Of a stretch of 64,000 nucleotides of DNA, positions 1 to 10,305 are shown piece after piece. The notes below the pieces were generated by a model. That model was not told the DNA's origin and did no database searches. It worked only from the letters and a program-made list of their open reading frames with translations. This DNA is from Octopus sinensis (taxonomy: Eukaryota). The position numbers were made by a program, and so were the translations under genes. The stretch covers positions 16,119,360 to 16,183,359 of the forward strand of contig NC_043019.1 in the NCBI RefSeq assembly GCF_006345805.1, written 5' to 3'. The stretch's first letter is position 1; every line of letters begins with the position of its first letter.

Positions 1-3000
1 CAGTACACCCGAATGAAATCGGGTTCTCTTCATCAAAATGTGAAAAGGGGTCTACAATTATCATCGCCACAACTTATGTATATGTCTTCCTCACTCACTC
101 ACTCTTTTTCCTAATGATAATTATCATCGCCACCACCACCACCACCAACACACTCATGACAATCTTTCTCTTAAAACAAATCATGTTTACATTGCAAAAT
201 ATTTCATTTTCCCGTCCTCTCTTTCATATATGTGACCCAGGTTTGGGTGGCCGCACAACTACAATTAGACAACGGCTAAAAACATTCGATGTTGATAATG
301 CCTGGATCGTTCCATTCAACCCTTTGCTTTCCAAAACATTTAATGTACACATTAATGTTGAGTACTGCAGTTCGGTGAGATGCATACAATACCTCTGCAA
401 GTACATTAATAAGGGCGATGATATGGCCGTGTTTGTGTTCAGTGATGAAGACCTTAGACATGACGAAATTAAACAATTCGTTTTGGGTAGGTATGTATCC
501 TCCAATTATGCAGCGTGGCGCATTTTTGGATACGAGATTCATCTCAGCTCACCATCAGTTTTCCACCTGAATGTTCATTTACAGAAGAGACAGCTGGTTT
601 ACTTCACAGAGAAAAATGCACGTCAAGTCATTGAAAATCCAAAAGGGACTACGCTTACAGCATTTTTAAAATTGTGTTCAGTTGATGAGTTTGCTGCTAC
701 TCTCATTTACCCTGAAGTACCGGAATATTACACATACAACAACAATAATTGGAAGCGCAGGTCACATGGAACAGAACTTGACAATTGGCCCGATGTTTCT
801 AGGAAGAACGTCATTGGGCGTGTGTATAATATTCATCCTACCAAACAGGAAATCTTCTTTTTGAGAATGCTACTTCATGTAGTTACTGGACCGAAGTCTT
901 TTGCTGATCTTCGCACGGTTGATGGTATCATCTGCGCCACTTACAGGGAAGCATGTTTGAGGCACGGACTTCTTCTCAATGACGACCACTTACACAGGAC
1001 ATTAGCAGAGGCCTCAAATTGTAAACTGCTATGGCAAATGCGTTGATTGTTTTGTAACATATTAATCCACTGTAATCCCAGCAACCCTCTTAACCTTTGG
1101 GAATCGTTCAGACAGAGCCTATCAAAGGACATACAGGCTAATTTAGCGCTACGTGATGGCAACGACGATGTTTATAATGAGGCATTAATCGACATGGACA
1201 GACACATCAGACGCTATGTTATACGCGGTTTAAGTGAATTCCATCTGCCAACACCTGTCCATCATGAAGCGCCTTTGGATGTTGAATACATGTCAGAAAA
1301 AAACTACAACATTGCCGAATTGACGGAAACAATTACGCGAGATGAACCAAGACTTTTGCCTGAACAAAGAGAGATTTATAATGAAATTATTGACAGCGTT
1401 AGATTGAACCAAGGAAAGCTTTTCTTTTTGAATGCTCCAGGTGGTACTGGTAAAACTTTCGCTATCAATTTGATTCTCGCAAAGCTGCGCGCTGAACGTC
1501 GAATTGCCATTGCATGTGCCTCAAGTGGTATTGCAGCGACACTGCTTCAAGGCGGCCGTACGGCACATAGTGCATTCAAATTGCCCATGGATATTGGAAA
1601 GAAAGATAATCCTAAATGTAATATAGATCGTAGTTCCTCAAGAGCAATACTTCTTCGTGAATGCAGTCTTTTTATTTGGGATGAGGCTACAATGAGTAAT
1701 AAGGCCATGTTTGAGGCTCTTGACAGAACTCTCCAAGATTTGCGTCACAATACAAAAATAATGGGTGGAACTACGTTTCTCATGGCAGAAGATTTTCGAC
1801 AAACTCTTCCTGTTGTCCGAGTAGGCACTAGAGCCGATGAGGTTAATGCATGTATAAAGCATTCTTATGTGTGGCACAGTGTTATCAATCGCCATCTTCA
1901 AACAAACATGAGAGTCCACCTACATGGTGGTGTGGAGTCTGAGGCTTTCGCAAAACACCTATTAGATCTTGGTGATGGAGTTTTGCCTTTCGTTGATGAT
2001 GAGCATATTCGGTTGCCTTTTGGGAATTTCGTTCCAAATGTAGAAGAACTTATAAGAGCCGTTTTACCTGACGGCGAAACCAACTTCCAGGATCTCGATT
2101 GGCTAAGAGCAAGAGCTATTCTATCGCCTCATAATACAACAGCTGATGCTACAAATAAACAAGTACTTGATATGATTCCTGGTGAGATAGTTTCTTTCAT
2201 GTTCATCGATACAAATAAAGATGAGAATGATGCAGTCAAATATCCACCCGAGCTACTCAACAAGCTAACACCTCCGGGACTTCCACCTCATCATTTGTGT
2301 TTGAAAGTTGGTGCTCCAATCATGGTGCTCAGAAATATGGAAACGCCTGAAATATGCAATGGAACCCGAATGGTTATAAGGAGGATTCAAAGCCATGTTA
2401 TAACTGCTGAAATTTTGAGTGGACCATTTGTAGGAACAATCAAGATGATACATAAAATGAGTATTTCACCCTCTGATGTTCCCATTCAGTTTAAACGCTT
2501 TCAATTTCCGATAAAACTATGCTTCGCGATGACAATCAACAAGTCACAGGGACAATCACTGGACATTGTAGGCATTAACCTGTCACAACCGGTTTTCATT
2601 CATGGTCAATTGTACGTAGCCTGTTCTCGAGTTGGAAATCCACATAAACTCTTCATTCTTGGCAATCATGAGCGCACAAGGAACGTGGTTTATCAGGAGG
2701 CTCTGACAAAAGAAAACTGATTGTAAGTCATGAAATTTTGCTTGATTTTTTATTTTGCACCTCTTCATTATCTCTTCATTCTTGAAAATAAAGATATTAA
2801 AAAGAACATGGTTCATAAAGAACATTGGGTTCAGATGTTTGCAAACATTTGATCCAACTCATTCTCTTTATTCCTCATTTTCCGATTCCTTCTACGTCTC
2901 CATTAAACGGTTTTGTCAAGTTATTGTTTCTTCGCTAACATAAGACATTCATAAAGTGAATGAGTTGTTAATTACATTTTATACACTATTCCATTGTTTA

Positions 3001-3699
3001 GGTGGTGTCGAAAGGACTGGCATGTGTCACCATATAAACTCTCTCAGTCAAACTCCCAACTCATGAGTTCACGTCGTGATACTCTTTCTACAAAACTGAG
3101 CTGGGTGTGAATTCTAATTTCATTCACTATTAAAGATTTTTTTAATTTTTGAAACAAACACATTGCCTCTTTCGTTTTAAAACAATAAAACAATACTACC
3201 TTAATACATTGGTCCAACAAACAAAACATCCAACACTCTCATTCTTTTATGTATCTGTCTTCCTCCATCACTCACTCACTTTTCTCCCTTCCTTTCATTT
3301 TCTATCTATAACGTCGTTTCACAGCGTCTACCTCCCTTACATTCACTTTCTCTTTATAACGTCGTTTCACAGCGTCCGTTATCCCCCCTCCCTGCCTTCC
3401 ACAGCGCTTTCACACACTCTCACTCTCTACGTCTATCTGCATTCATAGAGAGAATTATCATCGCCACCACCACCACCACCCAATCATGACAACAAATATT
3501 ATGAATCAGATATTTATTGGGTTAATTTATATATGTGTGTGTGTGTGTATCTATATATAAATATGTATATATAATAATTTTTATATATACAAAGTGCATA
3601 TATCTGTATTTATATATATATATATATATATAATTTGTATACATTTATATATATAAACCACACTCTTACACGCGCGTAGAGCGGGTCACCTTCAGCTAG
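1..3699 (+). mobile_element. Helitron rolling-circle transposon; Rep N-terminal part absent, 5' end not identified in window
   Basis: Rep/helicase coding region, followed by a 3' terminus: imperfect GC hairpin acacgc-gcgtaga-gcgggt (~3668-3686), then CTAG at 3696-3699 followed by T. Confidence 0.9.
240..2720 (+). pseudogene. Helitron Rep-helicase (Rep C-terminal part + Pif1 SF1B helicase) with one in-frame TGA at 1044-1046
   Basis: ORFs 114..1046 and 1047..2720 are in the same frame. Rep motif DNAWIVPFNP..HINVEYCSS..YLCKYINKG is present. Pif1 motifs APGGTGKT, ASSGIAATLLQGGRTAHS, DEATM, EDFRQTLPV, FAMTINKSQGQSL and HGQLYVACSRV are present. Similarity begins near nt 240; no HUH motif is visible. 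Confidence 0.92.
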
Positions 3700-3925
3700 T
3701 ATATATATATATATATATATATTATTTAAGAACACTAGTATACTAATGTTAAAATGATATTTTTTATATATTCAAGTTGTAAATTGTGAATTAAGATGTA
3801 TATCAAACTAAAGAATATATCACGAGCTTTAATACGGTAAACAGCGTAAAGTCAACACATAAATTTTTAATTAAGAATAAACTTTATTTTGTGTAATTTA
3901 CGTCGCCACAAATATAATAGCTGCG

Positions 3926-4170
3926 ATGGGTAAGAGACAAAACTTAACACCAGAAACCAGAGCGGGAATCGTTCAGCTTAGAAGACTGAAATGGTCATAT
4001 AAAGCTATTTCAAACGAAGTTGGATGCTCCAAACAGCCGTCTACAAAGCTGTCTGTCTTTATGAAAAAACTAATGATTATAAAGACTGCTCTTGATTTGG
4101 GCAATCAAGGAAAATAACGACAAGAATGAATAGATACATTCATACACTGTCCCTAAAGAACGAAAAATGA
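3926..4170 (+). mobile_element. Tc1-like transposase N-terminal (HTH) relic, frameshifted and truncated by a SINE
   Basis: MGKRQNLTPETRAGIVQLRRLKWSYKAISNEVGCSK continues in a shifted frame as TAVYKAVCLYEKTNDYKDC..RKITTRMNRYIH, a typical Tc1 paired-like HTH region. Confidence 0.7.
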
Positions 4171-4174
4171 CCGC

Positions 4175-4384
4175 TCTTTTACGCTTTTACTTGTTCCAGT
4201 CATTTGACTGTGGTCATGCTGGAGCACCGCCTTTAGTCGAGCAAATCAACCCCAGTACATATTCTTTGTAAACCTAGTACTTATTCTATCGGTCTCCTTT
4301 GCCGAACCGTTAAGTTACGGGGACCTAAACTCCAGCATCGGTTGTCAAGCGATGATGGGGGAACAAACACGGACACACAAACGT

Positions 4385-4473
<89 letters not shown>

Positions 4474-4590
4474 ATGACGGGCTTCTTTCAGTTTCCGTCT
4501 ACCAAATCCACTCACAGGCTTTGGTCGGCCTGAGGCTATAGTAGAAGGCACTTGCCCAAGGTGCCACGCAATGGGACTGAACCCGGAACC
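4175..4590 (-). mobile_element. tRNA-derived SINE, family A (head truncated)
   Basis: Reverse complement of the family A copies at 27300 and 28526; internal (CA)n/(TA)n. Confidence 0.85.
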
Positions 4591-4796
4591 CTGTGGTTCG
4601 TAGACATTTTAAAAGAAATTCAGCAAAAAAAATTTTTTATGGGGTTTCAAAACAGAAAAGGTGGCGTCGTTACAATTAAAATGAAAATCATTAAAAAGAG
4701 AATCGTTTCTACTTTAGGCACAAGGTTCGAAAGGATAGAAGGCAAAGTCGATCTCGGCAGAATTTGAACTCAGAACGTAACGGCAGACGAAATACC

Positions 4797-5597
4797 TATT
4801 TCTTTATTACCCACAAGGAGCTGAACACAGAGGGGACAAACAAGGACAGGCATAGGTATTAAGTCGATTACATCGACCCCAGTGCGTAACTGGTACTTAA
4901 TTTATCGACCCCGAAAGGATGAAAGGCAAAGTCGACCTTGGCGGAATTTGAACTCAGAACGTAACGGCAGACGAAATACCGATAAGCATTTCGCCCGGCG
5001 TGCTAACGTTTCTGCCAGTATGCCGCGGCACATTAGTGTGCCACAAGACGATGCAATGTGTGCCGCAGTGTAACCTGAATATAATTTTTTCCCCTATACT
5101 TTCATTTTTATTTTTAGTTTAGATGTACCGCCAAATTTTAAAAGGAATATAAGTGCACCGCAAGTGTAAAAATGTTGCCGAGCACTGCTTTTATACCTAT
5201 TTCTTTATTGCCCACAAGGGGCTAAACATAGAGGAGACAAACAAAGACAGACAAACGGATTAAGTCGATTATATCGACCCCAGTGCGTAACTGGTACTTA
5301 ATTTATCGACCCCGAAAGGATGAAAGACAAAGTCGACCTCGGCGGAATTTGAACTTAGAACGTAACGGCAGACGAAATACCGATAAGCATTTCGCCCGGC
5401 GTGCTAACGTTTCTGCCAGTATGCCGCGGCACATTAGTGTGCCACAAGACGATGCAATGTGTGCCGCAGTGTAACCTGAATATAATTTTTTCCCCTATAC
5501 TTTAATTTTTATTTTTAGTTTAGATGTACCGCCAAATTTTAAAAGGAATATAAGTGCACCGCAAGTGTAAAAATGTTGCCGAGCACTGCTTTATACC
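4797..5597. repeat. ~400-bp tandem duplication (family B SINE, minus strand, plus ~175 bp unique sequence) immediately upstream of CFAP299
   Basis: Units 4797..5197 and 5198..5597; ORFs 4882..5073 and 5283..5474 are near-identical; ATACC at all three junctions. Confidence 0.9.
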
Positions 5598-5673
5598 AAG
5601 ACCAAACAATGTCCATGTTAACACGACCCAAACTGCAGCTGTAACCGCTGCAGCTGCTGCTGCTGCTACCGCC

Positions 5674-5687
5674 GTTGCTATGGTGTT
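5674..5687 (+). promoter_or_regulatory. Candidate RFX X-box (GTTGCTATGGTGTT), with further half-sites (GGTTACC ~5703, GTTGCTATCC 5746)
   Basis: Partial match to the X-box consensus GTYNCY-AT-RGNAAC about 115 nt upstream of the ATG of a ciliary gene. The right half is imperfect. Confidence 0.45.
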
Positions 5688-5790
5688 GTATTTATTTTCC
5701 TTGGTTACCAAAACACCACAAACCACGATTATCGCCACCATTGTTGTTGCTATCCAGCCATCGTCCTTCCTGCCGTCGCAGTTAGCAAAC

Positions 5791-5898
5791 ATGGACGAAG
5801 ATCCACACTCTGGTATTGACAACATTATCTCGGAATTCAACACTTACGAAGATTTTCTTGACTCCCAAATAACATCCCTGGACCTTTATTATCTGGAG
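5791..5898 (+). CDS. CFAP299: Cilia- and flagella-associated protein 299 (C4orf22 orthologue), exon 1 of 6
   Basis: MDEDPHSGIDNIISEFNTYEDFLDSQITSLDLYYLE|gtaact resembles the CFAP299 N-terminus (..FNAYEDFLDSQITTVDLYYLE). The six exons join to 233 aa. Confidence 0.95.
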
Positions 5899-6171
5899 GT
5901 AACTATTTTCTATTTCACCGGTAGGCATTTTTTCGCTAACGACAGACACCGCTTTTCAAACAAACATTTGTAAAAATCTCATTACTTGTTCGTTTTTTTG
6001 CCGTTGTTTTTTTTTTTTTATTTTTTATTAAGTCTGGCACTGATTCTGGTAAGACTTTTGTTTTTGTCCGAACCGCTTGGTTACGTGGATGTAAACAATC
6101 AAACACCAGTTACCATGCTGTGAAAGTTAAACACAGGCTGACACATACACTCTTACATACATACATCTCTC

Positions 6172-6392
6172 GGTACTACTTAAGAACAGTGCGCGCACTC
6201 GCGTACTCGCGCATCCCCTAGCTAGCTAGTCGTGACTAGTCGATCCTACAACGACAACCTAGCAAAGCAAATAAAACACAAAATAAATAATATTTTAAAC
6301 AAAGTAAATAAAACACAAAGGATCGACTAGTCATGACTAGCTAGCGCGGATGCGAGTGCGCGCACCGGGGCCACTCTTCTTTAAGTAGTACC
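6172..6392. mobile_element. Foldback MITE, Merlin-like (GG termini, 8-bp TSD)
   Basis: Long TIRs GGTACTACTTAAG...TTAAGTAGTACC; TSD catctctc at 6164-6171 and 6393-6400; second copy at 12683. Confidence 0.75.
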
Positions 6393-6699
6393 CATCTCTC
6401 TCTCTCCATCCATCCATCTCTATTTTTCTTCTTTTCCATTCCCTTTTTCTTTCTTTCAGCTCCACTACGTGGCACCTTGGGCAAATGTCTTCTACTATAG
6501 CCTCGGGCCGACCAAAGCCTTGTGAGTGAATTTCGTAGATGGAAACTGAAAGAAGCCCATTGTATGTGTGTGTGTGTCCCACCATCGCTTGACAAAAGAT
6601 GTTCGTGTGTTTACGTACCCGTAATTTAGCAGTTCAGCAATAGTGACCGATAGAATAAGTACAAAGAATAAGTCCTAGGGTCAATTTGTTCGACTAAAG

Positions 6700-7140
6700 G
6701 CGGTGCTAGCATGGGTTGGACGATCTGACTGAGGACTGGCAAACCAGATTGCTGCACCAGGCTCCAATCTTGATCTGGCAGAGTTTCTATAGCTGGATGC
6801 CCTTCCTAATGCCAACCACTTCGAGAGTGTAGTGGGTGCTTTTACGTGCCACCGGCACGAGGGCCAGTCAGGTGGTACAGGCAACGGCCACGTTCAAGTG
6901 GTGTTTTTTACGTGCCACCTGCACATGAGCCACTCCAGCGGCACTGGCAACAACCTCGCTCGAATGTTTTTCACGTGCCGCCGGCACAAGTGCCAGTGTG
7001 GAGACGCAGGTAACAATCACTCTCGAATGGTGCTTTTTACGTGCCACCGTCATGGAAGCTAGTCAGCTGCTCTGACAGCGATCACACTTGGATGGTGCTG
7101 TTAGCGCTCCGCTGGCACAGGTGCCAGTCATCAAATTTGA
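6700..7140. mobile_element. Unclassified interspersed repeat (core GGATGCCCTTCCTAAYGCCAACCACT) with internal TTTTACGTGCCACC sub-repeats
   Basis: Homologous copies at ~17985-18215 and (opposite strand) ~29620-29805 with a (GAT)n tail. Confidence 0.7.
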
Positions 7141-7244
7141 TTTCAAAAGCAAGTGAGGGTGGGGAGAGAAGTACTACCCCCCCCCCCAGTGTTTTTGCAG
7201 AAAGGTGGGTGGATGTGGCAGGGATGGCCTGTGTGGGTGGGTTT

Positions 7245-7653
7245 ACTCTACTCTTTTACTTGTTTCAGTCATTGACTGCGGCCATGCTGCAGCACCACCT
7301 TTAGTCTAGCAAATCGACCCCGGGACTTATTCTTTGTAAGCCTAGTACTTATTCTATAGGTCTCTTTTGCCGAACTGCTAAGTTACAAGGACGAAAATAC
7401 ACCCGCATCGGTTGTCAAGCGATGTTGGGGAAATAAACACAGACACACAAACATACATATATAATATATATATATATATATACATATACACGATGGGCTT
7501 CTTTGAGTTTCCGTCTACCAAATCCACTTACAAGGCTTTGGTCGGCCCGAGGCTATAGTAGAAGACATTTGTCCAAGGTGCCACGCAGTGGGACTGAACC
7601 CGGAACCATGTGGTTGGTAAGCAAGCTACTTACCACACAGCCACTCCTGTGCC
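7245..7653 (-). mobile_element. tRNA-derived SINE, family A, full length
   Basis: Minus strand reads GGCACAGGAGTGGCTGTGTGG (A box)...GGTTCAGTCCC (B box)...(AAGAGT)n tail. Confidence 0.9.
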
Positions 7654-7679
7654 TACTATGAACATTTGCGTGTAAACCA

Positions 7680-7873
7680 AAGGAGTTGAGAAAGAGGGAT
7701 GCACCTGCTGAGGTGCACCTGACAGTCAGGGTAACCAGGATGTGTGGGGTTCCTCTGTTGTCCCTGAGAGAACCTCCACCACCTTTTGGGGAATTTTTAT
7801 AATTTATTTTGTTCCTTGTGTTGTATTGTCCCTGTTTGTTTTGTGTTTGGCTTTTGTGGTCAATAAAGGAAAC
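7680..7873 (+). mobile_element. 3' end fragment of a Tx1-like LINE (divergent subfamily)
   Basis: VRVTRMCGVPLLSL resembles the ORF2 end of the other copies; ends ttttgtggtcaataaag. Confidence 0.5.
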
Positions 7874-7885
7874 ATGATTATTATT

Positions 7886-8284
7886 ATAATAGAAATATTA
7901 AAATTACTAAGTCTCTATAAAAGAGATTACGGCAGCGTTTTACTGGAAATTAATTGTTATCGCCATATTAATATGGCATTCTTATAGATATAAGAATAAT
8001 CGCTGCCGCTGGTCAGCTCCATGAGGTCACCGCCTTAAGATAGCTATTGATACACGATCTGTATCCATTATAACCTTCGAACAAGGGAGGTCAGCCGCTT
8101 CACACTGCCAGTCCGACAGCTACAGACGCGTTTCGGGGTATTGCCCCTTGTCAATGTAGCGCAGTCAGAACCCGCAGGTGTCGCCACTGACGTCTCTGTT
8201 CGAAGGTTTATATTTACCTAGTTTCAGTGGAATACATCCACTTGTTTTCAATAATAGAAATATTAAAATTACTAAGTCTCTATA
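7886..8284 (-). mobile_element. Penelope pLTR / retrozyme-like unit bounded by 34-bp direct repeats and carrying a hammerhead
   Basis: ataatagaaatattaaaattactaagtctctata at 7886-7919 and 8251-8284 (period 365); hammerhead inside a long hairpin (~8071-8209). Confidence 0.65.
8119..8160 (-). ncRNA. Minimal type I hammerhead ribozyme, U3-A8 variant
   Basis: Minus strand GCUACA-UUGACAA-GGGG-caaua-CCCC-GAA-ACGCGU-C-UGUAGC: 6-bp stem I, 4-bp stem II, palindromic stem III, GUC cleavage triplet. Confidence 0.8.
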
Positions 8285-8464
8285 TTATTATTATATATTT
8301 GATTTTTTGCTTTGTATTTGTACAAGATGACTCCAAGTCTCACCCAGGGACCTCAAGAGACAACAAGTTACAAGTTCATGTTGGTGTTATGCCTAGTGTG
8401 TCATATATTTTTGGTTTTGTACAAAGTATTGTTCTAAAGAATGTTTAAGAAAGCACAAGAAAAT

Positions 8465-9095
8465 TGAAGTGCAAGTCAGCCGAGCCTGTCCGAGGTGCGT
8501 GCAGAGTGGTGAAACCGTTCTGCACGCCCTCGTGCAGTGTCTTAGCATTGCTGACCTGTGGGTTTATGTCGAACACCTGTTGTCGCGTGTAGGACGGATA
8601 TGGCTATCGGTTGAATCCATCGTAAAGATTGCCCTGCCGCCCTCCTTTAGCCGGGAAGGGCAGGCACTTTTTATTTGTCTGGTGGTTATAACAAAAGAGG
8701 TAGCGTGGTGGACATGTTTGTAAGGGCTAAAAAACAGACACTTTCCTCCCCAGTCAAACCCTCATAAACTTTTTCAAGTTTCACTAGTGAGGGTGGAGAG
8801 GGAAGTGTTGCCTTCTAGCAAATTTGTTGAAAGGTGGGTGACTTGGGAAAATGGCCAGTGTGAAAGGACCCATTTTGAGCATGCGCCTGTAAAAAATAAA
8901 AGGGTTCTTGCTCTGTTGGCCAGGCACCCGTGGCTTTTGTAGGTTTTTCCACGAGTAGCCTTGAAGCGTCTCCCTCATTGGGGGTTTGTTTTTGTTCGTT
9001 ATTTTATTTACACGTTCTAAAACCCTTTTGTATCGTCCTGTTTTGTCATTTCATGTTGTTTTTATGTAAGCCCTTGTGGCCAATAAAAATAAAAA
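8465..9095 (+). mobile_element. Tx1/L1-clade LINE 3' fragment (ORF2 C-terminal CCHC zinc finger + 3' UTR)
   Basis: CPRCVQSGETVLHALVQC..DLWVYVE; homologous to 11041-11670 and 32205-32830; ends gcccttgtggccaataaa. Confidence 0.85.
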
Positions 9096-9301
9096 GAATT
9101 TAATTATTATCCTAAATATTAATATGGTAACCTTTGGTTTTTTTACGTACGTACCTATGGCCTGTGCCACATTTACTTCAAAGGAAGAAGAGTGAAGGGA
9201 GGGGTTCGAAGAAAAAGAGAAATAAAAGGTATTAAGCAGAGGAGTTGAAGTGAGTGGCAAAGCGGGAGAGAAGAGGAACAGAGAGGAAGTGAGAGAAAGA
9301 A

Positions 9302-9332
<31 letters not shown>

Positions 9333-9648
9333 TGAATGGGGGAATGAAAGGAAGGTGACATTGTCTTTTCTTTTTTTTTGGGTTTTTAAATGTTTATCAG
9401 TATTTTCAGAGTAGACAGATACATACATCGAATAAAGAGTAGATACAGAGTTAAATTAAAAGCGGACAAAAGGAGGGACAGAGAGGAAGGGAGACCGAAA
9501 GAGAGTGAGAGAGAGAGAGAGACAGTGAGTGGTGACTTAAAGGAAGGTAGCGTTTGTTTTGTGTTTTTTTTTAATGTTTGTCGGTATTTTCAGAGGAGAC
9601 ATGCATACATCGAAACAAAAAATAGATACATCGGTATACATAGACACT

Positions 9649-9883
9649 ACGGCGGCGAGCTGGCAGAATCGTTAGCACGCCGGGCAAAATGCGTAGGCGT
9701 ATTTCGTCTGCCGTTACGTTCTGAGTTCAAATTCCGCCGAGGTCGACTTTGCCTTTCATCCTTTCGGGGTCGATAAATTAAGTACCAGTTACGCACTGGG
9801 GATCGATGTAATCGACTTAATCCGTTTGTCTGTCCTTGTTTGTCTCCTCTGTGTTTAGCCCCCTTGTGGGTAGTAAAGAAATA
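9649..9883 (+). mobile_element. tRNA-derived SINE, family B, Tx1-tailed subfamily
   Basis: A box TGGCAGAATCG, B box GAGTTCAAATTCC; 16-bp TSD ggtatacatagacact (9633-9648, 9884-9899). Confidence 0.92.
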
Positions 9884-9964
9884 GGTATACATAGACACTT
9901 TCTTAAATCAGAGGCAAATTAACTACAGTAAATACTGGATGTCACTTTCACAGACATGTATACC

Positions 9965-10187
9965 TATTTCTTTACTGCCCACAAGGGCTAAACACAGAGG
10001 AGACATACAAGGACAGACAGACGGATTAAGTCGATTATATCGACCCCAGTGCGTAACTGGTACTTAATTTATCGACCCCGAAAGGATGAAAGACAAAGTC
10101 GACCTCGGCGGAATTTGAACTCAGAACGTCGCGGCAGACGAAATACCGCTAAGCATTTCGCCCGGCGTGCTAACGATTCTGCCAGCT
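9965..10187 (-). mobile_element. SINE family B, Tx1-tailed subfamily
   Basis: 16-bp TSD cacagacatgtatacc (9949-9964, 10188-10203). Confidence 0.92.
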
Positions 10188-10305
10188 CACAGACATGTAT
10201 ACCATTAACTTAGTTCTTAGGGAAATTCTGCCTCATACAGAATACGACAAGGTCGGCGCCTCTGGATTACAGCCACAACTCATTTTGGTCAGATGAGTTG
10301 ACTGG

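Noticed and set aside
1047-2720. Host PIF1 helicase gene
   Set aside because: It is intronless, in frame with Helitron Rep motifs and followed by a Helitron 3' terminus.
5554-5973. 139-aa ORF as a single-exon gene
   Set aside because: Only 5791-5898 resembles CFAP299; the ORF reads through the donor site, and the upstream part is promoter/UTR without a real ATG.
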